DNA of 64,000 bases from Flavobacteriia bacterium (GCA_026391005.1 JAPLEV010000053.1:9218-73217); one strand, 5' to 3'. Counted from the stretch's first letter, positions 1-9,975 are shown. Numbers and translations are program-made. The notes: a model not told the origin generated them from the letters alone.

Positions 1-834
1 TTTTTAGAGTTGGCCCTTGCTTTCAAATTTCTTTCAAATGCTGATTTAGTTGTGCAAGGACATTTCTTAGAAAGAGAGTTGTTTCTAGCGATTTGGATTG
101 GATTATTTACTGTGTTAACGATTTATCTTTTTGGATTTATTCGACTTCCACACGATAGCCCAACTGAAAAATTATCAGTATTTAGGACTTTATTAGCCAG
201 TACTTGTTTAGTGTTTGTCATCTACTTAATTCCAGGAATGTGGGGCGCTCCTTTAAAATTAATCAGTGGATTCCCTCCACCACTTTCTTATAGCGAATCG
301 CCAACTGGAATTGGAGCGAGTCAAAATACAAATTCGCATTCGGAAAATAATGACATGCACCTCGGACCTCAAAACATCATGGTTTTTCATGACTTAGAAA
401 AAGCAGAGGCATATGCAAAAGAAGTGCACAAACCTCTTTTTGTAGATTTCACAGGACATGCATGTGTCAACTGTCGAAAAATGGAGGAAAAGGTTTGGGG
501 CGAGCCAGGAATCATTGAAATACTGCGTGATAAAATGGTTATTGTTTCATTATATGTTGATGAAAAAACAGCGCTTCCTGCTTCTGAACATAAAGAATTG
601 GAATATGCGCCGGGTAAAAAAATGGAAATAACGCAAGTTGGCCACAAATGGAGCTATCTACAAACTACCCGATATAAGAGTAATACACAACCATATTATC
701 GTTTACTCGGGCCAGAAAATGAAGATTTAGACATTGGTTCAGCAGACTATGAACACCACGGCAACGCAACAGATTTTAAAGCATGGTTGGAAAAAGGTCT
801 TCTTGAATATAGCAAAGCAGAAGCTAATAAATAA
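1..834 (+). CDS. Thiol:disulfide interchange protein DsbD-like, C-terminal part (5' end lies outside the window)
   Basis: The reading frame is open from base 1. It encodes TM helices followed by a thioredoxin-like domain with a CVNC redox motif (FVDFTGHACVNCRKMEEKVW). Confidence 0.75.
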   Translation, partial: FLELALAFKFLSNADLVVQGHFLERELFLAIWIGLFTVLTIYLFGFIRLPHDSPTEKLSVFRTLLASTCLVFVIYLIPGMWGAPLKLISGFPPPLSYSESPTGIGASQNTNSHSENNDMHLGPQNIMVFHDLEKAEAYAKEVHKPLFVDFTGHACVNCRKMEEKVWGEPGIIEILRDKMVIVSLYVDEKTALPASEHKELEYAPGKKMEITQVGHKWSYLQTTRYKSNTQPYYRLLGPENEDLDIGSADYEHHGNATDFKAWLEKGLLEYSKAEANK

Positions 835-900
835 TTGACCAAATATAATTTAGATTGTTGCATGCAAACTTCCCAATTCATTTATATACTTTCCTGTTAA

Positions 901-2700
901 ATGAAACTTTGTATCGCCGAAAAACCCAGTGTTGCCAAAGATTTAGCGGAAATTCTAGGCGCAAAAACACGACACGACGGATATTATGAAGGCAACGATT
1001 ATTGCGTAACTTGGACCTTTGGACACCTTTGCTCTTTAAAAGATCCTGAAGATTATAATCCTAATTGGAAATATTGGAAACTAGAAGATCTTCCAATTAT
1101 TCCTGCGCAATTTGGCATAAAGATAAAAGGAGATAAAGGGGTTGAAAAACAATTCCAAACCATCAAATCATTGGTTGCTAAGGCTTCTGAAGTGATTAAT
1201 TGTGGGGATGCTGGACAAGAAGGAGAATTGATTCAGCGATGGGTACTCATTAAAGCAAAATGCAAAGTGCCAGTTAAAAGACTTTGGATTTCTTCTCTGA
1301 CCGAAGAGGCCATTAAAGCGGGCTTTAATAAACTGAAAGATTCAAAAGATTTTGATAATTTATTCGCTGCAGGAAACTCGCGCGCTGTAGGTGATTGGAT
1401 GCTCGGTATAAACGGTACCAGATTATACACTAAAAAATACGGAAAAGATAAGTTGGTCTTGTCGGTTGGGCGCGTTCAAACACCGACCTTGGCCATGATC
1501 GTTAACCGTCAAAAAGAAATCAACGCGTTTAATTCGGAAGAATATTGGGAACTAAAAACGACGTATCGCGACACGGAATTTTTATGCCAAATTGATCGCC
1601 TAAAATCCGTAGACAAAGCAAAAAAAGGATTGGAATATCTCCTAAACAAACCCTTTGAAGTCACTTCTTTCGAACAGAAAGAGGCTAAAGAAGGAAATCC
1701 ACGCTTGTATGATTTGACCTCTCTCCAAGTGGATGGAAACAAACGATTTGGTTTTGGTGCTGAACAAACGCTTAACCTTATCCAAAGTTTATACGAGAAA
1801 AAATTAGTTACCTACCCAAGGGTTGATACTACTTACCTCTCGGAAGATTTACACCCAAAAATTACGGGTATTCTAGGAAATTTAAAGGAATACAAGCAAT
1901 TTACGGATGTTTTACTTCAGAAAGCCATTCCAAAATCAAAAACGATTTTCGACGATAAAAAAATTACTGACCACCATGCCATTATTCCTACGGGAATTGT
2001 CCCATCGGGTATTTCCCAAGATGAGCAAAAAATTTATGACTTAATCTGTCGTCGTTTTATTGCTGTTTTTTATCCTGAGTGTAAAGTATCGAATACTACG
2101 GTATTGGGAAAAGTAGATGCTTTGGTCTTTAAAGCCACTGGAAAGCAAATTATTTCAAAGGGTTGGCGAGAAGTATACGATGATTTGAAAGAAGAAAAAG
2201 TGGACGAAGCGGAGGCCAAAGAGTTGAAAAAAGATCCCAAAGAGGCCGAAGAAAAGATCCTTCCTATTTTTGAAAAAGGAGAAAGTGGGCCACATACCCC
2301 TGAAATTCATAAAGGAAAAACAAGTCCTCCAAAATACTATACCGAAGCCACCTTATTGCGCGCCATGGAAACCGCAGGTAAATTGGTGGAAAACGAGGAA
2401 ATGAGAGAATTAATGAAAGAAAACGGTATTGGCAGACCTTCTACACGTGCCAATATTATCGAAACGCTTTTCAAACGAAAATACATTGAAAAGAAGAAAA
2501 AGAATCTTATCGCAACGGATACAGGGATGTCTTTAATTGATGTTATTAAAAGTGATTTATTAAAAAGTCCAGAACTGACGGGACAATGGGAACATAAACT
2601 TCGATTAATTGAAAAAGGGTCGTACGATCCACAAACCTTTAAGGATGAACTTTTTAAGATGGTCCGAGAATTAAGTGACGAGGTTGTCTTTAACCGCTAA
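901..2700 (+). CDS. topB: DNA topoisomerase III (type IA)
   Basis: The N-terminal Toprim-like sequence is MKLCIAEKPSVAKDLAEILG. Typical type IA blocks follow (GRVQTPTL, YPRVDTTYLS, ITDHHAIIPT). Length is 599 aa. Confidence 0.9.
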   Translation: MKLCIAEKPSVAKDLAEILGAKTRHDGYYEGNDYCVTWTFGHLCSLKDPEDYNPNWKYWKLEDLPIIPAQFGIKIKGDKGVEKQFQTIKSLVAKASEVINCGDAGQEGELIQRWVLIKAKCKVPVKRLWISSLTEEAIKAGFNKLKDSKDFDNLFAAGNSRAVGDWMLGINGTRLYTKKYGKDKLVLSVGRVQTPTLAMIVNRQKEINAFNSEEYWELKTTYRDTEFLCQIDRLKSVDKAKKGLEYLLNKPFEVTSFEQKEAKEGNPRLYDLTSLQVDGNKRFGFGAEQTLNLIQSLYEKKLVTYPRVDTTYLSEDLHPKITGILGNLKEYKQFTDVLLQKAIPKSKTIFDDKKITDHHAIIPTGIVPSGISQDEQKIYDLICRRFIAVFYPECKVSNTTVLGKVDALVFKATGKQIISKGWREVYDDLKEEKVDEAEAKELKKDPKEAEEKILPIFEKGESGPHTPEIHKGKTSPPKYYTEATLLRAMETAGKLVENEEMRELMKENGIGRPSTRANIIETLFKRKYIEKKKKNLIATDTGMSLIDVIKSDLLKSPELTGQWEHKLRLIEKGSYDPQTFKDELFKMVRELSDEVVFNR

Positions 2701-2702
2701 TT

Positions 2703-5700
2703 TTAAGGCATCTTTACAAAGGAGCGAACATTTAAGCCCTGACTTGTGTATATTTTGAATATATAATTACCACTTTGTAAGCTAGATGCGTCCACCTCAA
2801 GCTCAGAACCCTGCGCAATTCTAGAAAAGATTAAGCGACCCGAGGATTCAAAGACATCAATTTTTTCAATGGACGCCAAGTTAGTTTTGACCGTAACCAT
2901 TGCACTGGACGGATTTGGATATAATTCAACCATAAAATTGGAAAAGTCATCCAATCCTGCATCATCAGCAAAAGAGGTGAAATAAGCCGTGTCTGAACAA
3001 TTGGCATTCGATGCCACCATCATTACATTATAGGTACCAGGACTTGTATATAGATTGGAAGGTGTAGCTAGATTTGAAAATGTAGCGTTACCAAAATCCC
3101 AAGCATAATTTGTAGCATTAAAAGAAGTATTGCTAATGGTTGAATACGTCATGCCAACTGTGTTGCCCGTAAAAACAGCATCAACAGAATCCATCGCAGC
3201 AATTATAGGAACACGTGGACTTATACATGCATCTTTTTGAATTTCCCAATCATAAAAATAATAGTAATAAGTTGCCCCGGCCGAAGAACCGGTAATTTGA
3301 AGCATTCCAGGAATACTATATGGGTAAACGACCCCAGCACTATTTCTAACTAAATTCATCTGAGACCCCCCCATTCGGTAACCGTTTCCTGGCGGAACGT
3401 GAAAATTTAAGGCCACCCTTGAAGCACCTGCTGGAATATTCACAAAGCGCGTGTCTAATTGATTCCCTGACACATCCCATAATGTAATGGTTCGATCTCC
3501 TGCTCCAGTAGCACTTACCCAAGCAGAGATGATTGTTAAGGGCTGTTGGACATTAAATGTTAAGTACTGAGTCGAAGCATTATTATGATTGGCACTTGTT
3601 CCGATAGCATTGGTAAGAGGTCCAACATAAGACAAGGGTTGAGGCTCATTATTTTCCACCCAAAAAGTATCTGTTAAGGCCAAATAGGTTGAATAGGTGT
3701 TGCCAAACCAAAGCGGTGTAGCAGAAAATTCATCCGAATACCCAATTACATTTCCGAATGCACTTGCCGTAATAGTTACTGAATCTGCTTGACAAATTGC
3801 CAAATCAGAGGCGATTGGACTAAGTGGCCTAGAAACATTGATATAACTCGGTTTAATTAAGGTGTCTTGTCCTTGTGCATTACTAGCAATTAATTGAACA
3901 GTATAAATTCCATTTTGTGTGTAAACATGTGTTGGAGATTGAATATTTGAAGTGGATCCATCACCAAAATCCCATTGCCAAGCAATCGGGCCATTCGTAG
4001 AAACATCAACGAAATTGATAACGCCGTCACAAGTGCTTTGTGTGGTTGAATAAAAATCAACAAGAGGAGGAGTGCTTGGTAAGTTACACGTCCATGTCAT
4101 TACAAAACCAGGATTATTAAGATAGGTATCACTAAAAAACTTTAAAGTCACTGCGCCATACAAGCTTGTGATGCTACCACCATTTGGCAACGTTGTTCCA
4201 GTATACTGACCAATTAAGGGACTATTAACCGAGTTTCCATTATAAATATACAAATAGTCGTAATCTAATTCCAAGTTGAAACTGCTGAAATTTAGCGTAA
4301 TCGTTGAGGCACCAGCAGGCGCAATGGTAATCGTACTTGTAATATTATCTTGGTAATTATTAGCCAACCCTCCTGGATCAAACAATGAACCGCTACAAGT
4401 GGTTTGGGTTTGATTTACCCCATTTGGATTCATGGTAATGGCACATGGTAAGTTTGGATCAACTACGATATAATTGATTAAGGTTTCTGTATCGGATCCA
4501 CACGCACCACCCGAGGCAGTCAAGCTCACTGTATATGAACCCGGATTCATATAAGTATGCGAAGGATTCAAAGCAGTCGACGTGCCACCATCACCAAAAT
4601 TCCAAAGGAAAGAGCCACTATTTGTACTTGCATTTGCAAATGTAACCAGCGCTGGAGATTGGCAATACGTTTGAAAAGTAGTGGAGAAACCAGCTGTAAC
4701 AGTATAGGAAAAGACAGCGCCAACACCTACTGCATGCCATGCATTTGTCGTGGCAATTACCTCAGGCGTACAAGGTCCGAATAAATCAATAGCAGATTGA
4801 ATGGCATAAAATCGAGCGTCTTGATGATCCACATTTGGCGTTAAATAAATAGTCAAGTTTCTAAAGGCTATTTTTGATGCATTCGTAATGCCTAAACCTG
4901 TAACGTTGAATGCATTCCCAATATCGTTGGTTCCAGTTCCACCGACAGTAAGTCTATAATACCAATGGTTCTGAACACCTGAATTCGTGTGTACTCCACC
5001 ATTGTCTTGCGCTCCTGTATAATAATTTGTTCCTAAATACGTATCGGGATCTTGAAATGCATTAGGATTACTCATGCTTCGGATTCCTAATCCGTTGGGC
5101 GTAGCATCTTCGCCCATACTCCAATTAAGAGTATTGTTATTCGCAAATGACGAAACCGAAATACCAAAAATATCTGAGAAGGATTCATTTAGCGCCCCCG
5201 ATTCGTTCGCATACACCAAACCTGCCGAATTGGAGGTAAGTCCGTGGGTAATTTCATGCCCAGTAATATCTAAATCAGTTAGCGGCGTGAAGGTAGTACC
5301 ATTGCCATCACCATAGGTCATTCGTTGACCATCCCAAAAAGCATTATTGTATCCCGTATTGTAATGCACATAACTTTTTAACATAAATCCATTTCCATCA
5401 ATACTATTTCGATTATGTACTTGATCAAAATAATCATAGGTCATTTCTGCACCCCAATGGGCATCGGTGGCATATTGATCCAACGATGCGTTTACGTTGT
5501 TCCAATTATTATCTGCATCGATAAAATCAACAGCAGCGCCATAATTTGATGTGTTGTTAAGATCAAAGGTTTGAATGCCATTTCCCCTTCCAGTTTCGCG
5601 AAGTCTAAATTGATTGTTAAAATAATCCGCCATCATGGCACGATTTCCAGAATATACCGTTACCGCATTCCCCAAGCTATCCGCTGTATGAATTTGATCG

Positions 5701-6398
5701 GTTGAATAAACCACCAACCCAGTATGCGCATCAACATAAATATTTTGTCGGCTTAAAGGTTGACTAGCATAGACATCCATTTTGTAGGCCAATTGAAATT
5801 CAGCCCGCGTATAATCTCCTTGAGTTGCCACCCAAACTAAGGACGGTTTCGGGAAATAACTTGCTTCAGCATTCTGAGTTTCATATTTCAACAAGGCTTC
5901 CTCCATTGGGACGTCCCATTTATAAGTTGAGGCATTAACAGCATTAAGAGCTGATTGAACCGCAACAGATGCTTCAATTGAAGGACTAGCACTTTGATCA
6001 ATATTCGTATAAAAAGCACCGTTAATTGAAGATAATTTACCAGCAATAAAGTGTGCTTTATAGATCCCGAACTCTACTGGATTTCCTTTATAATATTGCT
6101 GAAAGGAGAGGTGTTTTTGTTCTTGATTATCGGATTCAGCTTTCACTAATTCGAAGCTATAATCTGTAGACAAATTAAATAGTTTGCTTAAAAAACTAAC
6201 TATTTGCCCCTCATTTATTGATAGTTCAGCACTAAATTGAATGTAATCTGGCACCCTATTTTCTCCTTTCAACCTTAATACAGTTGCATATGGATACTTT
6301 TGAGAGGCTTCATTGCCATAAAAAACTTGCTGGGCAGAACATGGGGAAGTAACTTGTAATGCAGCGAATAATAAACAGAGTGTAAATGTTATTTTCAT
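2703..6398 (-). CDS. Secreted multidomain M4 (thermolysin-like) zinc metalloprotease with PKD and CUB-like domains and a T9SS C-terminal sorting domain
   Basis: Signal peptide present. HEITH (HExxH) plus GALNESFSDIFG mark the M4 catalytic domain. Three WxFGDG/PKD-like modules and a CUB-like module (YDYLYIYNG...) follow. The C terminus, ELYPNPSS...FKIYTSQG...VKMP, is typical of a T9SS CTD. Confidence 0.88.
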   Translation of the reverse strand: MKITFTLCLLFAALQVTSPCSAQQVFYGNEASQKYPYATVLRLKGENRVPDYIQFSAELSINEGQIVSFLSKLFNLSTDYSFELVKAESDNQEQKHLSFQQYYKGNPVEFGIYKAHFIAGKLSSINGAFYTNIDQSASPSIEASVAVQSALNAVNASTYKWDVPMEEALLKYETQNAEASYFPKPSLVWVATQGDYTRAEFQLAYKMDVYASQPLSRQNIYVDAHTGLVVYSTDQIHTADSLGNAVTVYSGNRAMMADYFNNQFRLRETGRGNGIQTFDLNNTSNYGAAVDFIDADNNWNNVNASLDQYATDAHWGAEMTYDYFDQVHNRNSIDGNGFMLKSYVHYNTGYNNAFWDGQRMTYGDGNGTTFTPLTDLDITGHEITHGLTSNSAGLVYANESGALNESFSDIFGISVSSFANNNTLNWSMGEDATPNGLGIRSMSNPNAFQDPDTYLGTNYYTGAQDNGGVHTNSGVQNHWYYRLTVGGTGTNDIGNAFNVTGLGITNASKIAFRNLTIYLTPNVDHQDARFYAIQSAIDLFGPCTPEVIATTNAWHAVGVGAVFSYTVTAGFSTTFQTYCQSPALVTFANASTNSGSFLWNFGDGGTSTALNPSHTYMNPGSYTVSLTASGGACGSDTETLINYIVVDPNLPCAITMNPNGVNQTQTTCSGSLFDPGGLANNYQDNITSTITIAPAGASTITLNFSSFNLELDYDYLYIYNGNSVNSPLIGQYTGTTLPNGGSITSLYGAVTLKFFSDTYLNNPGFVMTWTCNLPSTPPLVDFYSTTQSTCDGVINFVDVSTNGPIAWQWDFGDGSTSNIQSPTHVYTQNGIYTVQLIASNAQGQDTLIKPSYINVSRPLSPIASDLAICQADSVTITASAFGNVIGYSDEFSATPLWFGNTYSTYLALTDTFWVENNEPQPLSYVGPLTNAIGTSANHNNASTQYLTFNVQQPLTIISAWVSATGAGDRTITLWDVSGNQLDTRFVNIPAGASRVALNFHVPPGNGYRMGGSQMNLVRNSAGVVYPYSIPGMLQITGSSAGATYYYYFYDWEIQKDACISPRVPIIAAMDSVDAVFTGNTVGMTYSTISNTSFNATNYAWDFGNATFSNLATPSNLYTSPGTYNVMMVASNANCSDTAYFTSFADDAGLDDFSNFMVELYPNPSSAMVTVKTNLASIEKIDVFESSGRLIFSRIAQGSELEVDASSLQSGNYIFKIYTSQGLNVRSFVKMP

Positions 6399-6456
6399 AG
6401 TAAAATTCTAAGTCACTAATATACGACTAATAGAATAAAATACTATTAATATAAGA

Positions 6457-8358
6457 TTACATTTTTTCAGGGGCGTCAATACCCAACAAAGCCAATCCGC
6501 TTTTTATAACCTTGGCCACATTTGCGCATAGCAACAAACGGCCGACCTTAGCATCCTCATTTGCTTCGATTAAGATTGGAATTGTTTGATAAAAATGACT
6601 AAATTGTTTTACTAATTCGTACAAATAGTTGGCTAATAATGCGGGAGAATAATTGGCTGCAGCATCTTTGATAATCGTTGGATATAAAGCCAAGCATTTA
6701 ACTAGTTCTTTTTCCTCCGCCTGCAATTGAAATGAATTTTTTAGCTCGTAATTTTCTAGTTTTCCTTTCTTTAACAAGGAACAAATTCGAGCATGCGCAT
6801 ATTGAATAAAAGGGCCCGTATTTCCAGTAAGGTCAACCGACTCTTCGGGATTAAATAACATACGTTTTTTTGGATCGACCTTCAGTAAATAATACTTCAA
6901 TCCTCCCATTCCAATCTGAGCGTATAGTTCTCCGCGTAAATTTTCGGACATTCCTTCTAAATGACCTCTTTCTTTAGTTATCTCCGTCGCTTTCTCAATA
7001 ACTTCCTCCATCAAATCATCCGCATCCACGATTGTACCTTCCCGAGATTTCATTTTACCACTTGGTAAATCTACCATACCATACGAAAGATGGAAACAGT
7101 TTTTTGCCCAAGCGTACCCTAATTTATGAAGAATTAAAAACAGGACTTTAAAATGGTAATCTTGCTCATTTCCAACGGTATATACCATACCATCTAAGGA
7201 AGGATAATCAGAAAAACGATCAATAGCAGTGCCAATATCTTGGGTAATATAAACCGCTGTTCCATCGGATCGCAACACTATTTTTTCATCTAAACCTTCT
7301 GCGGTAAGATCAATCCAAACGGAACCATCGTCTTTTTTAAAAAATACGCCTGAACGCAAGCCTTCTACGATAACATCTTTTCCTAATAAATAGGTTTCTG
7401 ATTCGTAGTACAATTTATCAAAATCAACCCCCATTTTTTGGTACGTGAGTTCAAAACCAGCGTAAACCCAATTATTCATGGTCGTCCAAAGCAAATAGGT
7501 TTGAGGATCACGAGCCTCCCATTTCACTAACATGTCTTTCGCTTCGCGCAACAAGGTAGTTTCGTTTTTCGCTAACTCTTTAATTTTATCCTGAATGGCT
7601 TGCTGCGCCTTCTCCTCTTTTCCAACTAAGGCTTCTTGAAATTTCTTGTAAGTTTCGACAACAGCACTAGAGAAGCCATCAAACTCGCCATTTCCCCATT
7701 GGGAAATAATCTCATTGGCTTCCGCATTGAAGCGTTTATCAAATTCAACGTAATACTTTCCAACTAACTTATCTCCTTTTAATCCAGTATTAGCAGGCGT
7801 TTCTCGCTCACCTTTTGAATTTAAAGGCGAAAATTTCTCCCAAGCCAACATACTTTTACAAATATGTATGCCGCGATCATTTATAACCTGAGTTTTAATG
7901 ACTTCATGGCCAGCGGCTTTTACTATTTCAGCTAAAGAATATCCTAAAAAGATATTTCGTAAATGTCCTAAATGAAGCGGTTTATTAGTGTTTGGGGAAG
8001 AATATTCCACCATAATCATTGGCTGACTATTTTGCGGAGCCATACCGAAAGTTGAATTCGCATTAATGGCATGAAACGAATTAAACCAATATGAATCAGA
8101 AAAAGACAAATTCAAAAAACCATTGATTACTTCGAATGAATCCAGCTCTTGAGAATGTTCGGAAATGAAAGTTCCAATTTTCTCTCCCGCAAGTTGGGGC
8201 GATGTTTGCATTAATTTTGCAAATGGAAAAACAACGAGGGTGAGGTCCCCTTTCACATCTTTTCGTGTGGCTTGAAATTGAATCGAAGTTTCCGAAATTT
8301 GAGTATTAAAGAGCTCGACCGAATTAAGCAGTAATAATTCCTTGATTTTATTTTCCAT
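6457..8358 (-). CDS. argS: Arginine--tRNA ligase
   Basis: Class I HIGH motif (PLHLGHLRN) and overall ArgRS architecture. The listed ORF start at 8373 is a TTG codon, so I prefer the ATG at 8358 (MENKIKELL). Confidence 0.92.
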   Translation of the reverse strand: MENKIKELLLLNSVELFNTQISETSIQFQATRKDVKGDLTLVVFPFAKLMQTSPQLAGEKIGTFISEHSQELDSFEVINGFLNLSFSDSYWFNSFHAINANSTFGMAPQNSQPMIMVEYSSPNTNKPLHLGHLRNIFLGYSLAEIVKAAGHEVIKTQVINDRGIHICKSMLAWEKFSPLNSKGERETPANTGLKGDKLVGKYYVEFDKRFNAEANEIISQWGNGEFDGFSSAVVETYKKFQEALVGKEEKAQQAIQDKIKELAKNETTLLREAKDMLVKWEARDPQTYLLWTTMNNWVYAGFELTYQKMGVDFDKLYYESETYLLGKDVIVEGLRSGVFFKKDDGSVWIDLTAEGLDEKIVLRSDGTAVYITQDIGTAIDRFSDYPSLDGMVYTVGNEQDYHFKVLFLILHKLGYAWAKNCFHLSYGMVDLPSGKMKSREGTIVDADDLMEEVIEKATEITKERGHLEGMSENLRGELYAQIGMGGLKYYLLKVDPKKRMLFNPEESVDLTGNTGPFIQYAHARICSLLKKGKLENYELKNSFQLQAEEKELVKCLALYPTIIKDAAANYSPALLANYLYELVKQFSHFYQTIPILIEANEDAKVGRLLLCANVAKVIKSGLALLGIDAPEKM

Positions 8359-9301
8359 TTTTTGCTTTTTCAAGGACTTTCACCATGTTTTGTATTAATT
8401 CAAAAGCGACTTCCGCCATTTTATTTTTTTTATCATCCAAACAAGGATTAACTTCCACCAATTCGAAGGCTGCAATATTTGGCAACAGGATCATTTCAGT
8501 TAAAAGACAATTAGCCTCTTGTATGCTCAATCCATTTGGGACAGGCGTGCCAGTTCCGTTACTGGTTTCAGAAGGATCCATTGAATCGACGTCAAAAGAA
8601 ACATAAACGATATCACAGGATGAGAATTTAGCTTTGAGTTCAAGGATTAAATTATTGATCCCCATTGACCGTAATTCAGCCACTGAATAATTTTTTATCC
8701 CTAATTCCTCCATCAAAAAATCCTCTTGAGATTCTGTATCACGCACCCCAATAAAAACTAAATCTTCCGGAAGAATGGCTGTACTTTTTAGCGAATTCCA
8801 TTGCGTTGCCGTTGCAACATCCACTTCATTTTTTTTACAGGCAAGATTATCTACGCCTAAGGCGGTTGCCAAAGGCATTCCATGTAAATTTCCGGATGGA
8901 GTTGTGTAAGGAGTATGCATATCGGCATGTGCATCAATCCACAAAACACCTATTTTTTTACCAGGACAGGTCTTTTTGAGGCCGGAAATTGTTCCCCCAG
9001 CAGATCCATGATCACCAGAAATAATAAATGGGAATTTCTTTAGCGAATATTGAGTTTGAATTTCTTTTTCTACCAATCCAAAAACCTTCAACATTCCATC
9101 AATTCGCTTTGCTTTTCGATAAGGCGAATCAACATCTAGTAAATAATTACAATCGTTAAGAATAATTGGTGGAAAATCAGAGAAAAAAGAACTGTTTTGG
9201 TCCCTTGCAACAGAAACAATCGCTGCCGGACCAAGTGAAGCACCACGCGTTCCGGCACCAATTTCTGATGGATTAAATATAAATTTAATTTCTAAAGACA
9301 T
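8348..9301 (-). CDS. Arginase / ureohydrolase family protein (arginase, agmatinase or formimidoylglutamase-like)
   Basis: Mn-binding signatures GDHGSAGG, DAHADMHT, SFDVDSMDP and ELVEVNP are all present. Confidence 0.85.
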   Translation of the reverse strand: MSLEIKFIFNPSEIGAGTRGASLGPAAIVSVARDQNSSFFSDFPPIILNDCNYLLDVDSPYRKAKRIDGMLKVFGLVEKEIQTQYSLKKFPFIISGDHGSAGGTISGLKKTCPGKKIGVLWIDAHADMHTPYTTPSGNLHGMPLATALGVDNLACKKNEVDVATATQWNSLKSTAILPEDLVFIGVRDTESQEDFLMEELGIKNYSVAELRSMGINNLILELKAKFSSCDIVYVSFDVDSMDPSETSNGTGTPVPNGLSIQEANCLLTEMILLPNIAAFELVEVNPCLDDKKNKMAEVAFELIQNMVKVLEKAKNGK

Positions 9302-9412
9302 AAAGTATTGCTTTTCATAGCGCCGTAAAGTTACGGATTTTACAGGAAAGAAAACAGAAATTGGTCCCTAGTATCAACTACTTTTAACTACATTTGTATT
9401 TCATTTCAAAAA

Positions 9413-9420
9413 TAAAGTTG
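9413..9420 (+). promoter_or_regulatory. Possible Bacteroidota -7 box (TAAAGTTG) upstream of the tRNA leader
   Basis: One mismatch to TAnnTTTG. A TTTG lies 16 bp upstream at 9393-9396. Confidence 0.2.
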
Positions 9421-9521
9421 GGGATGTAGCTCATCCGCCTAGGCGGAGGCTAGATTTTGATAATTGACATGGGGATGTAGCTCATCCGCCCAGGCGGAGG
9501 CTAGATTTTGATAATTGACAT
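9420..9521 (+). repeat. Two 51-bp tandem direct repeats, each a truncated 5' copy of the downstream tRNA-Ala plus a palindromic hairpin
   Basis: Unit sequence is GGGGATGTAGCTCA-TCCGCC(T/C)AGGCGGA-GGCTAGATTTTGATAATTGACAT. Copies lie at 9420-9470 and 9471-9521 and differ at one base. The first 14 nt are identical to the tRNA 5' end. Confidence 0.9.
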
Positions 9522-9595
9522 GGGGATGTAGCTCAGTTGGCTAGAGTGCTTGACTGGCAGTCAAGAGGTCGTGGGTTCGAATCCCATCTTCTCCA
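9522..9595 (+). tRNA. tRNA-Ala (anticodon GGC)
   Basis: Hand-folded cloverleaf: acceptor GGGGATG/CTTCTCC with the G3:U70 alanine identity pair, anticodon loop CTGGCAG, T-loop TTCGAAT. There is one U6-U67 mismatch in the acceptor stem. CCA is not encoded. Confidence 0.85.
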
Positions 9596-9600
9596 CATTA

Positions 9601-9630
9601 AAAACCCTGATTGTGAAATCAGGGTTTTTA
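9601..9630 (+). terminator. Intrinsic terminator after tRNA-Ala
   Basis: Perfect 12-bp stem AAAACCCTGATT / AATCAGGGTTTT with a GTGA loop and a T-rich tail. Confidence 0.75.
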
Positions 9631-9705
9631 ATTATATCGTTTGGGAAAGCATATAACGAAAGCGTTAACGACTGCTCGAAGCAACATAAAGTGAACCTAT
9701 CACCA

Positions 9706-9915
9706 TTACTCTACTTCTTCGATGTCTATGTTATAGGCATCTTCATAATCCTCATGCTCGTCTTCTAAGACCTTATCACAGTGTTGAAAAAATTCACCAC
9801 ATTCACTAAATTGTTCATCACCCTCATTATATAGTGCTAGCTCTTCTTCGCTTAATATACATGAGAAGGTTTTTACGGTAGACGTGTGTTCACACCAGGT
9901 TATTTTTGTTGGCAT
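9706..9915 (-). CDS. Hypothetical small, highly acidic 4-Cys protein (69 aa)
   Basis: ORF only. It has 21 Asp/Glu versus 3 Lys, and Cys at residues 8, 19, 39 and 46. It lies 60 bp downstream of the lipoprotein gene on the same strand. Confidence 0.5.
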   Translation of the reverse strand: MPTKITWCEHTSTVKTFSCILSEEELALYNEGDEQFSECGEFFQHCDKVLEDEHEDYEDAYNIDIEEVE

Positions 9916-9975
9916 ATGTTTGTGTTTTTATATTTATTTATTAATGTACTATATTTAATTAAGTTTTATACTAAT

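Noticed and set aside
9550-9768. A 72-aa plus-strand ORF starting inside the tRNA-Ala gene.
   Set aside because: It overlaps the tRNA and its terminator hairpin, and its far end is antisense to the 69-aa acidic ORF. It has no coding features.
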